Assembly (NCBI RefSeq): GCF_004010195.1
Contig: NW_025214105.1
Span: forward strand, 1 to 34,901
From: Chiloscyllium plagiosum
Taxonomy: Eukaryota
Reading direction: 5' to 3'
Length of the DNA: 34,901 nucleotides
Both the position numbers and the translations under genes were made by a program. The number at the start of each line of letters is the position of its first letter. Within the stretch, counting starts at the first letter, position 1. Shown here piece after piece: positions 11,351 through 21,890 of the stretch. The notes under the pieces were generated by a model. The model saw only the letters and a list, made by a program, of their open reading frames with translations, did not search any database and was not told where the DNA came from.

Positions 11351-14189
11351 TAATGTAACATTTGTGCATTGGCTCTTATTTGGTTTTCAGCGGCATCCAG
11401 CAACATTTGTCTGCCCTTATGACATTTCCTCAAATGATGCTCTTGGTCACTGAAGAACTCTGTATGTCTACAGATTTATGTAGGAAATCACAGAACAGAA
11501 TGTATCCTCATTCCATATGGAATGAAGGTGTGAAGGACTGCTTTAGGGAAGAATGCTGAAAATGATAACAAAATATTGATAATGCACAAGCAAGAACGAA
11601 GTAGGATAATAACAGGGAATAATGCTTAATATACCAGTTGAGATCACCATCATCACAGGTAGGCAACTACTCGGTTATTAATGTTCCTCCACAGAGACAG
11701 AGAGAAGAATCAAACCCACCTTTTACCTCTGTATTCATAACGAATCAAAGTGAAAACTTTAAAAAGAGCCTCATAATTGGCCCCAATCGTTCCAAAATAC
11801 ACTTCATCAATAACCGATCTCAGACTACAAGTAATCTGTTCTCGATACTCGTTAGAGGTTTCAACAAAAGACCTAGTTTTTTTTTTCATTGTACAATAAC
11901 TTTAGTAGAGCAAAGTTAAACAACACAGTAATCTAATTGGTGCATGCTTTAAACACAAAACCTTTGTTTTCAGCCTTTTTTACACAAATTAGAGACATAC
12001 AAAAAACAGTTAAATAAAATAAAATAGCAAAACTGTTAAAATTACTGAAATGTTTTTCCACATGTGTTATTCCACAGACATAAAAGATGGCTTTTTGGTT
12101 GTTTTTCTGAAGATATCTATCAAGATCATCATTTACGTTCTTTTAGATAAAAGCAATAACACTTATGATTTAGTTTTGCATTTTCTCAGCATCCAGGAAC
12201 TGGCAAAGGAGGTTAGGTAGAGGCTTTCACTTTAACATTGCAATATCGCTGCCAGATTGATTTTTAAAAGAAATGTAGTCGAATAATGCAATTCAAACTC
12301 TGACCACCCCCTGCCAGACTGAGCGTCTGTCGCAAGCGTTCTCACATACCACTTAATATTTTCCATTTGCTTGAAAATAGTGTTTCTGCTCGACTGGCTG
12401 GAGAAAATTCCCATGTGCCTTCCTCTTTAAACGCCGATTTATTTTATTTATTTAAACACAATGCTGAAGCGACTGCAGAACCTTCTGATCAGTGAACCAT
12501 CTAAAATTTATCCAGGCCTGGGTTCGCGAATAAATAAAGGTTTGTTTGAACTGTTTTCTTTTTTTTAAATGCAAGTTGTTACCCATAGACCAAACAGCAT
12601 CTTTAGCTTACAATTCTAACTTCACAGTTCTGAACCAACATTGATTTGTAAAGCAAAAACAAAACAATGGCAACCACGGTGGGGTTGTGGGGGTGAGGCA
12701 TGAGAAAGACGTGGTTGGTGGCGAGGTTTACATGAGGCTGAACATGACGGAAGCCTGGGGCGAGTTTGGGAAGGCAGGAATATATAACATGGCCACCTCT
12801 AATGTTTGAAGATTTTAAATGTGAATTTAAATATCTATTTCAATACTTAAATGTAAAAATGAGTTCAATGGGTGTACTTTAATTGCAATTATGGGCAGGT
12901 GGCTTCAGATTCAAAATATTTAGAAGGGAAAGGAAAATTATTTCGGTTAGAAGACAGATCAATGCTAACCTTCTCTTTTTTACAATTACAGTGTCAGCCT
13001 TTTTGTATTGACGACAGTTGTTGATAATTTTCCTCAGTTTCTGATCAGACTGAGAAGTCGATGACATAAATTTTCTTCAGCATTCTCATAATTTTACAAA
13101 ATGTTTTGAGCAAACCAATGAACACACCACAGTAGGAAGCCTATTGTCAATTAACCCTGTTCAGAGAGTTGAACATACTCAACCACCCAGTAATTGTAGA
13201 CATCCACAAAATTTTCTCAGGGTACAGAGTTAGCAAACACTTTGCACTTTCCATTAAAGAGTGAAAATAAAATACTTATTTTCTTCCGCTGGAAATATCA
13301 CAGGATCTGTGTATTCAATGCCAACAGCAGATTCCATTTAAAAAGAAATAGCACAGGTTTTTCAGCAGTAAAACCCATTGAAACAGAGTTGAAATACAAT
13401 ATTTAATGACTAGGGCGGTTTCTTTTGACGGTATAGAAAGTTTTCCAACTATCAATAGACACACTCATAGCTATTCAAGCACAATTGTTTTCTTCACAAT
13501 TTCAAAAAGATAACATTTTTGTTCTCATTTATGCCTTAAAATCTACCTCTCTGAGTATCTCTATTTTCCAATTTTCCATCTTTAAATTAACTTTATTTCA
13601 AAGCACCGGTATTTGGTGCTTTTCACTTCCTGGTTGCTGCTGATGATATTACCTCAATGTAACTAGTTGCCATTCCACTTGATAACAGCACACACTGAAC
13701 TTGGTAAAACGTTATGCTAACTTGAAGGTGGGAGACGGGAAATTCATGCCACAGTAGATCACCGCACCCTTCTGAGCTGCGTTTTGCAAATTCATTCTTT
13801 GTTGGATCGACATCATGACATAACATTCCTTTAAACCGAGGATGACAAGATGGGTTTTGGAGACTTCTTTAGGAGGAAGGTTTGGAGTAGAATCCTAGGA
13901 CGGCTCTTAATCGTGCTACTTGACAAGACTCAAGCTGACTCAAGCTGAGCGTGTTCTCGCTCTTTCAGATGTCAAAGGGTGGACCTTTGCCCCAAATCTG
14001 CCTTTAACTGAAACATTTTCTTTTCTGAGGAAAGGACAACATTGCACAGTAATTTTTCAACACTACCCTCAGTGATCTAGCTATTCACTGTTTACGTGAG
14101 TTTGTCGAAAAAAAATGAAAGTCTTCATGACCATTTACACAGAAAGTAATCGCTAATTAAAATACTAATCAATTACAAACTATCAGCTA

Positions 14190-14452
14190 AGATTAGATTA
14201 CATTACAGCGTGGAAACAGGCCCTTTGGCCCAATAAATCCACACCAACCCATACCCCTAACCTAACACTACAGGCAATTTAGCATGGCCAATTCACCTTA
14301 CCTGCACATCTTTGAACTGTGGGAGGAAACCGGAGCAAATCCACGCAAAGAACGTGCAAATTCCACACAGTTAGTCGCCTGAGGCCGGAATTGAACCCGG
14401 GTCTCCGGCGCTGTGAGGCAGCAGTGCGAACCACTGTGCCACTGTGCCGCCC
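14190..14452 (-). mobile_element. HE1-family SINE, relatively young, internally shortened
   Basis: The reverse strand begins GGGCGGCACAGTGGCACAGTGG (A box)...GGTTCAATTCC (B box), followed by the HE1 body and a short (TAATC)n tail at 14190-14200. Confidence 0.9.
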
Positions 14453-14596
14453 AACGGGTCTAACTGGTCTAAGAGACTGACGAGAAATTCCTAATTTAAA
14501 ACGACTCCTTCTGGGAAAGGTATTGAAGTTTAAAACTGCAGTTGGATCCATAAGTGGCCAGATGACTTTTAACTTCAACATGTCTGAAGCTCGGCT

Positions 14597-14643
14597 CCTA
14601 ATACATGTTCATTGTCTTTTGTTTTCCATTTGGGCCTCCTCAG
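14597..14643 (+). promoter_or_regulatory. Probable 3' splice acceptor of the muscarinic coding exon
   Basis: Branch-like cctaat (14597-14602), pyrimidine tract ttcattgtcttttgttttccattt...cctcct and CAG ending at 14643, 26 nt upstream of ATG 14670. Muscarinic genes typically have the coding region in one exon with an acceptor just upstream. Confidence 0.55.
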
Positions 14644-14669
14644 TGCTAACTGTACATCAGGGTGAACTG

Positions 14670-16070
14670 ATGGAAAAACCAACAGAACCGAATGGATCTC
14701 TCAGTACCTCGGAAGAGTTTCTTGACACTCAAAGACGGAGTTCTTACAAAATGGGCGAAGTAATCTTCATTGCGATTGTAACGGGATCTCTGAGTGTGGT
14801 AACCCTCGTGGGGAACGTTCTCGTTATTATTTCCATCAAAATAAACAGGCATTTGCAAACTATTAACAACTACTTCATTTTCAGCTTAGCCTGCGCTGAT
14901 GTCACTGTTGGAGTAACCATGAATCTATTCACCATTTACAGTCTCCTTGGCTACTGGCCTCTGGGCCCGGTGGTGTGCGATTTATGGCTTGCTGTCGATT
15001 ACGTTGTCAGCAATGCCTCTTCCATGAATCTTCTTATCATCAGCTTTGACCGCTACTTCTGTGTGACCAAACCCCTTAGCTACCCCGTAAGGAGGACACC
15101 AAAGGTTGCAGGCATGATGATCGCAGCCGTTTGGGTGGTGTCATTTATTGTATGGGCTCCTGCCATTCTGTTCTGGCAGTTCATCGTAGGGCAGAGAACA
15201 GTCAGTGACGGAGAATGTTATATACAGTTCTTCTCCAATCCTGCCGTCACTTTCGGCACTTCAGTAGCTGCCTTCTATCTGCCAGTCACCATCATGGTGA
15301 TTTTATATGTATATATATCACGGGCTAGCAAAAGTCGAATGAACGTGGATAAAAACGAGTCTGGATCTAATAAGGAACCAATTTCCCCCAACCTAGAGGT
15401 GGGTAAGATACTGAAATCGAATCCGAGCAACATATCTAATGCTTCTGTTAGGCTGCCAGAAGTGAAAATGCCAAAAGGTACAATAATCCATGGAAGAATA
15501 ATTGATCATTTCGATGAAAGAGAGGAGGTGTGCTTGGGTGAGTCAACTTCTTCCATTATGATTCCACCAAATAAGAAGTTGGTAGGGTCTATCAGTGATA
15601 ATGGAGATGTCTGTACTGTGATGGATAACTGCAAAGTTTCCTATACAAGGATGATTAATCAACGACAAAACAGTTATGACCATGGAACCACACCTGGAAT
15701 CGTTGCAGATCTTCGAAGCAATAACGGGAAGGATTGGAAGATCACAGAAACTCAAAAAACAAGTAAAATAATTCATAATACTGCTCAGAAGAGAAAGGTC
15801 AGTGTTACGAGAGAAATGAAAGTGACTAGAACCATTCTGGCTATTCTTCTGGCATTTATCATCACTTGGAGTCCATACAATGTCATGGTGCTCATTAGCA
15901 CGTTCTGTCCCAGCTGTATTCCAAACACAGTTTGGAATATCGGATATTGGGTATTTTACATCAATAGCACTGTCAATCCAGCCTGTTACGCACTCTGTAA
16001 TGCTACTTTCAAGAAAACCTTCAAACATCTTCTTTTGTGCCAGTTCAAGAGCAGTGGTGCAAAAAGTTAA
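14670..16070 (+). CDS. chrm2: Muscarinic acetylcholine receptor M2-like (divergent paralogue), single coding exon, 466 aa
   Basis: Unmistakable motifs: [99 protein letters not shown] (M2-type). The ORF-track start at 14523 is a non-ATG codon. Met50 of that ORF (14670) gives a normal-length N-terminus with an NGS sequon. Confidence 0.93.
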   Translation: MEKPTEPNGSLSTSEEFLDTQRRSSYKMGEVIFIAIVTGSLSVVTLVGNVLVIISIKINRHLQTINNYFIFSLACADVTVGVTMNLFTIYSLLGYWPLGPVVCDLWLAVDYVVSNASSMNLLIISFDRYFCVTKPLSYPVRRTPKVAGMMIAAVWVVSFIVWAPAILFWQFIVGQRTVSDGECYIQFFSNPAVTFGTSVAAFYLPVTIMVILYVYISRASKSRMNVDKNESGSNKEPISPNLEVGKILKSNPSNISNASVRLPEVKMPKGTIIHGRIIDHFDEREEVCLGESTSSIMIPPNKKLVGSISDNGDVCTVMDNCKVSYTRMINQRQNSYDHGTTPGIVADLRSNNGKDWKITETQKTSKIIHNTAQKRKVSVTREMKVTRTILAILLAFIITWSPYNVMVLISTFCPSCIPNTVWNIGYWVFYINSTVNPACYALCNATFKKTFKHLLLCQFKSSGAKS

Positions 16071-16133
16071 AGAAAATAAGCCACAAGCAAAATATCATGA
16101 GCACTCCATGTAATGTGATGATGATGACTTTCA

Positions 16134-16139
16134 AATAAA
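16134..16139 (+). terminator. Candidate polyadenylation signal of the chrm2-like gene
   Basis: AATAAA 64 nt after the stop codon, followed by a GT-rich tract (~16157-16176). Confidence 0.45.
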
Positions 16140-16296
16140 TATCTAAAACTACGGGCATGTGATGTGTTTATTGTGTCAGAAAAGACTCAGGTAGACATAT
16201 TACACGCCATTTTTGAAGCACACTTTAGTTTTACCCAATTAATTCGTAATGTCTCTTATCAATGATGGTTTGCTGACGAGACTGGGAGATGTTGTG

Positions 16297-16927
16297 GGAG
16301 CATTTCAGAACTGATAGCCAGACTACTGCGACCACTAGGACTTATAACAGCACACAAACCAACAGCCACCCTCAGACAACCACTCACCAGAACGAAGGAC
16401 CCGATACCCAGCATGAGCAAAACTAATGTAGTGTACAAAATCCCATGCAAGGACTGCACAAAACACTATATAGGACAAACAGGAAGACAGCTAACGATCC
16501 GCATCCATGAACATCAACTAGCCACGAAACGCCACGACCAGCTATCCTTAGTAGCCACACACGCAGACGACAAGCAACATGAATTCGACTGGGACAACAC
16601 TACCATTATAGGGCAAGCCAAACAAAGAACAGCCAGGGAATTCCTAGAAGCATGGCACTCATCCACAAACTCCATCAACAAACACATCGACCTTGACCCA
16701 ACATACCGGCCACTACAGCGGACAGCTGAAACTGACAACCGGAAGCGGCAGGGACAGGCCACTATAAATGCCGGAGGAAACAACACAGAAGGGCTTCACA
16801 GGAGGCTCCCAAGCACTGAGGATGTTACCTAGACAGGGGACGAAACGTTTGCAACAAAAATTTCCAGCTCGGCGAACAGAACTACAACAACGAGCACCCG
16901 AGCTACAAATCTTCACCCAAACTTTGA
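16297..16927 (+). mobile_element. 5'-truncated Penelope-like retroelement: GIY-YIG endonuclease region plus 3' pLTR
   Basis: Uninterrupted frame with NVVYKIPCKDCTKHYIGQTGR...RIHEH...H...HEFDW...REFLEAWH...SIN (GIY-YIG), stop at 16830-16832. Candidate target-site duplication ACTGGGAG(A/G)TG at 16281-16291 and 16928-16938. Confidence 0.9.
16813..16852 (+). ncRNA. Minimal type-I hammerhead ribozyme motif in the Penelope pLTR
   Basis: GCA-CTGAGGA-t-GTTACCT agac AGGGGAC-GAAA-CGTT-TGC: CUGANGA and GAAA core boxes, a stem II with one mismatch, short palindromic helix III (AACGTT), and GCA/TGC stem I. Confidence 0.75.
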
Positions 16928-19759
16928 ACTGGGAGGTGAATTGTCCAATGTCAAATTTGCACAAAAAATTCGAATGGCTGGTGAGATTTGTTCATTATTA
17001 ATGAAAAATTAAATGATCTTTGTGGTGAAGGAAAGCAGAAGTTCAATATTTTCAACATTATCCAAGAAAAAATAGTTGAAAAAAACTGAATTCTCGTATA
17101 AATTCAGTATGTTCGGGTGGACAGCACTTAGCATTGTTGGACAAGTAATGTTTATATGGGGTTATGGACAAATGCACTCGATTAGAACCACTTTTTATTT
17201 GGCTGAGGAAGACTCGAAGTCGGTGCCAATGCTTTCCAAATTATTAAAAATAAATAAATGCGTCACCACTAAATAAATAATAGTGTAAACTAATTTAACC
17301 ATATTTATTTAAATAACACAATGCCTATCGTGTTTCCAGAGCACCTGACCTCTTTTACCGGGTCTTATCATGTCCATTTAATTTATTAGATACTAGCTTA
17401 TTCATTGTTGTGAAAATAAAGAAAACGATTCCTGCTTTTAAGCCACAGATGTTTCAGCTCAAGATCTAGCAATTCACTGTCATGTACCCAGGCTGATATC
17501 TAAGCAACAAACTTATGCATTTCATGTGTTTAAGATCTGTGTCACCATTGAACCAACATTAATAAGAACATAGTCTTGACTACAGTGGACACTGGATAAT
17601 TGGAGCTCACTGCCTTTGCGGATTTGAATCAGGTGGGATTTGACTACTTCGGTCTTTTCCACCTACATCTGCATGGTTGGAGAGCTTGTCATCCTCACTC
17701 TCCATCCCCACTTATTTTCTGTGCCACTCGGCTCAGTGCCATCCCTCAGATTTGCAGCAGGAGCACCAGGTCAGAGGCTAATCTTTTAGTCTTTCCCAAG
17801 TATCCTTTCCATTCCAGCGGGTTTCTGCAAACTGAAAAGACCAAATTGAAACAGTGCGAATTGAGTACAATATACAATGCACTGAGTAGATTTTAATCTC
17901 AAATCGGCTTTCTTAGTTACAATGGATTCATTGCAAAAGTTTACTCTGTTCAGGTGCCCGACCTTCTGGGAAGGATTGGAACCATGTCGCAGGAAATGAC
18001 CTTGGCCTTCCAGCATGTCAAATGGTTGAAATTTCCGCAGCTACAATGTGCTGAATTTCCAAGTGAAAGTGTTAACTTCTCAACTGAGCCGAAATTTCCT
18101 AATATTGGTGCACATATTTCAAGCTAACCTGACATGCTCTCTCGTCGACTCAACACCTGGTTCACTGGAGAAGTGAAATTCAGTATCAGAAAACATCAAT
18201 GTGCCAAATTATGTTGCAGACTCGTTATTATATTCCTCATTAACCCATTGGGTTGACAATAACAATTGCATCTGTCTTGGGCGTTTAGTGGAGTTCTAAA
18301 TCACTAAGCAGAAACAATTACTAAACATTGCTCAGCAACATTGGACGATAGGAAAAATGACATTGCTACCATATAGGGTGAAGAGGGTCATGAAAGGGAT
18401 TTTGCAGTTGTAGGCACTTTTCGTTGGATTCTGTTGGGGCGGGGAGATGAAGGCAAACTGTGCAAAAGAGTACAATCTAGGTCGCAAATACAAGAATTTT
18501 TATTCCAACCGTTAACAACACCAGCGGCAAAAGATGGAAATGGCAAAAATATCAGGGCATTCATATCTGTCTCACCAAGAAGAATCATGTGCGATTGCAA
18601 ATGGGTTCCACAGCCACGTTGGAACAGACCATAGCTAACTCTTCATGCACAGGAAACAGCCAAAGTAGGAAAACCAACAAAGGGAGGCGGTGGGCGGAGG
18701 AACTTTCAGCGTAAACACTCAGGGTAAATAATTTTCAAGGTAAACACAGTAAAATGCTGGTGAAAAGTATAGAAAAGGTAATATCAGTCTTAACTAATAT
18801 TCCATATTATGTAAAATAAGATGAGGTTCGACCAGTACCATCATTTCATATGTTAATGAGATTCATTTTTTCCATCCCTGGTTTTCTCCCTTGTTTTTAC
18901 CAGGTAAATTAAATAGATCTTCTGCTGTTTTTCCCACTAATCCAGATCCAATAATACCAATGGACCCATCTGTCTTGTTTATCCCAGCAATGTCCCATGC
19001 AATCTGATTCCCTGTTTCCCATTGCCTCTTCTATTATTTCCAACAGTCTTCCTGCTATACAAACAAACGAGATACAATCTCTGGCCTTTCATGTCCTTCC
19101 TTCACACCAGCCATGGTCCCAAAGAAATCAATGCAGTTTAAGTACTGACTTCTTTTTATTTCTTCCATGTGAGCAACTATATTCCCTGCTCAAATTGTTG
19201 TCTCCTCTCCACTGAAGACATCAAATGCAGATTGAAACATTATTTTGGGCCCTTCTATTCAGTCCTCAGTCTTTATCCTTAGCTTCCTATTGCTTTGACG
19301 TTTTACTTCTCGGACTACGCTCTCTACCCTCAGTCTCAGATATTATTATATATTTCAGCTCAAAGGAAACATGCCATTTTATATTTTGTTGATTTTATAA
19401 CTTTAAAACTCGCAAAACTCTGTTCACAAACTTCAGGTCATAATTACTGCTTTCATTCTCGTGGGCGGTATATTCATTTATTGAAGGATGGTTATGCACA
19501 GCCACAGAGATAGAGGGAATGTTTTTTTTTCTGTTCTTGCGGTGGGGATTGCTTGATGAGTTACCTGCCTGTGAGATCGTCCAGACTCCTGGAGTCCGCT
19601 TTTATGATGAATCTGGGGAAAGCTGGGTGTGATTTCTGAAATGGTGTCAGTTGTAAATATCATATTTGACTGGCTGACTGGTTTGCTAATGCAGAAAAAT
19701 GCTAATAATGTAGTTTCAATTCCTGGAGATTATAATGAGGACTGTTAAGATTCAAGCAC

Positions 19760-19990
19760 GTTAGTGTGGGTCCGGAGTCACACGTAGACCAATCTACGTA
19801 AGGACAGTATTTTCTTTTCCTAAAGACACAAATAAACAATATGGTTTTTTTCAACAACTGACAACAGTTTCATGGTAACCATTAGATTGTTAATTCCATT
19901 TTCTTTTGTAATTGAATTCAAATTAGCCATCTGTGATGAGAGAATGCAAACATAAGTCCTCAGAGCATTACTTGGAATATATGGATCGAC
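19760..19990 (-). mobile_element. Decayed SINE-like repeat, same family as 2372-2640
   Basis: gtgtgggtccggagtcacacgtagacc...gtaaggacag...cagtttcatggtaaccattag...gaattcaaatt. Confidence 0.55.
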
Positions 19991-21890
19991 AGTATTTTTT
20001 GAAGTTGTATTAATGTTTTGAATTGACTTTTTTTTATTTTTAAATTTAGACCTTCACACTGCATTATTACTGGAAGCGTTTTAGTCCTTTCCTCCATTCA
20101 GATAGAGAGAAATTATTGAATTTGTTACTTGATTATTTGCTTACACCCCATTTTAAATTCTCCTGTAATGCAAACACATTGCCTTTTTTTGCTAATCTTT
20201 ACCATTATAAATAATTATAGTGGATTTTAGAGTCTTTTCTTTTGCTAGTTTTCCCATTTGTACTATGTTATTATTTGAGAATGACAGTGTCCATATTCTC
20301 CTCGGGCAAACTTTGTTTGGTAACTTGAGTTGACAGGTTTTTGATCTGATACAATCCTTATTAGGAGACTTCCCTTATTGAGTGTTTGTGCATGGTGGAA
20401 ATGTATTTTGATTGTTAGTTGTGTATTAGTTCCTTAAATGTTAACTATTGCTGGTCTACCATCAGACATTCCATTGCATTTTCCTCATCCACCATCACCA
20501 AATCTTCCCTCTGATCTTCATATTTTATTTTGTTTAGAATTAAGGCCGTGGTTTCTGATTGTAAACTAAATATAACATCATTCATGTCATGGCCACTCTT
20601 TCGTAAACTATACTTTGCAACAAAGTTTTCAGTTGCCCATCCTTTTTTGCATAATGCACAATCTAAAACAATCTACTGCCTGGATGGTTCCCCAATGTGC
20701 AGCTTAGAAATATATTTCACATGCATATGAAAATTTGTCCCACACAAACTATGCTAGTATTAATGAGGGTCACGTGGTTCATATGTCAATTGAAGTTTTC
20801 CACATTTATTGTGTCAACTCCAGTTTCCAAAATGCCATTTACTTCCTCACTCCTGTATTCTACTCTTTAGTGAACACAGCTACACCACCACCATTTTCCA
20901 GCATACTGCCATTTCTGAATACCACTAATTCACTAATTACTATCGGATCATGCTTATGAATTTATATTTAACTTAACAATTGATGAAAATGATTGCAAGT
21001 GTAAGGCACAAATTTCTTAATTCAGTTTTCTTTACCCACTCTATAACCTTTTGCCCTATCTGTTGACATACTTTTCTGATTTTGTTCATTGTATTTCCTG
21101 CTATACTCTGATTATTATTTTACATTTGCCTTGATCTATTATTGTTTCCTCTCGCTTAAACTTATGGAACCATCTAGATGTGCTCCTTTATTCCCCTATT
21201 CAATTACAGGCTTTGTATCTCCCAATTCAGATGACTTGCCTGAAGACTGACTCCAGCACTGCTTAATTGAAACCCATCTCAACAATGCAGCCACATTTTT
21301 CCAGTACTAGTGTGAAATTATCACAAACTACCAATCAGTATTCTCACAGCAACCCTTAAGTCATACATCAATAACTCTAAACTTATTGATCAAATGCTAA
21401 GTTTTACGTAGTTCAATTTTTGCACAAAGGATTGCCTCATTGAAACTTCTTTTTAGTTCTGTGGCAGATCCTCATACTTGCAATGCAAAACCTCTTTATT
21501 AGACTACCCATGTCATTGGTACCTGCAAGGAGAAATACAACTGGATCTTCTCCCTTCAACTGCAATCTCTTATCCAGCAGTAGAACTGCATATGAAAGTA
21601 ATAGATGTGTTGCTGCCTGCATGAGCAGTTGTGCTGATTGAAGACTTAGAATGATCACCAGTTGTATCGACGAAAATGAAAAAATAAGATTTTGTCAGTA
21701 TCACTCATGTACTGAAGAAGATTGATAGTTTTCCTTGGGGAAATTAAATCCAAAGAAATTAGGTTTATCTTGATTCTAGTTTTGTGACGAGATTGTAAAA
21801 TTTTTACCACCAATCAAACCATAAAAAACAAACAAGAAATATTTAATGAGAAATTGCCAAGCATTTCTTTTTTTCTTCTCTCTCTTACAG

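Noticed and set aside
11590..12660. Possible solo LTR; similar impression at ~24995-25400
   Set aside because: I could not identify TG...CA termini with a target-site duplication or a second copy. A repeat-library search is needed.
13927..13948. 10-bp tandem duplication (gactcaagct)x2 creating an AP-1 site TGACTCA upstream of chrm2-like
   Set aside because: Too short to distinguish from ordinary slippage, with no supporting context.
14279..14581. ORF with tRNA-like sequence; also the ORFs at 33131-33538
   Set aside because: These are HE1 SINE translations. The tRNA-like heads continue into SINE bodies, so they are not tRNA genes.
14523..14669. 49-aa N-terminal extension of the muscarinic receptor in the ORF track
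   Set aside because: It starts at a non-ATG codon and runs through a polypyrimidine tract and acceptor. ATG 14670 gives a canonical length. The upstream ATGs at 14562 and 14580 are probably intronic, though not excluded.
15543..16028. 161-aa antisense ORF
   Set aside because: It is a shadow of the muscarinic CDS on the opposite strand and has no recognisable motifs.
18860..18910. Possible nearer donor ccag|gtaaat for the GPR139-like exon 2
   Set aside because: The phase-1 frame upstream (…WFSPLFLP) does not resemble the family TM1.
21483..21530. Possible nearer first exon (MQNLFIRLPMSLVP...)
   Set aside because: There is no GT donor after CCT-G (it reads gcaagg). A GC donor would be phase 0, incompatible with the phase-1 acceptor, and the peptide lacks the G-x-P TM1 pattern.
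21854..21890. Single-exon start for the GPR139-like ORF (MPSISFFLLSLT)
   Set aside because: It has a non-ATG start, and the 'FFLLSL' stretch is the translated polypyrimidine tract of the acceptor.
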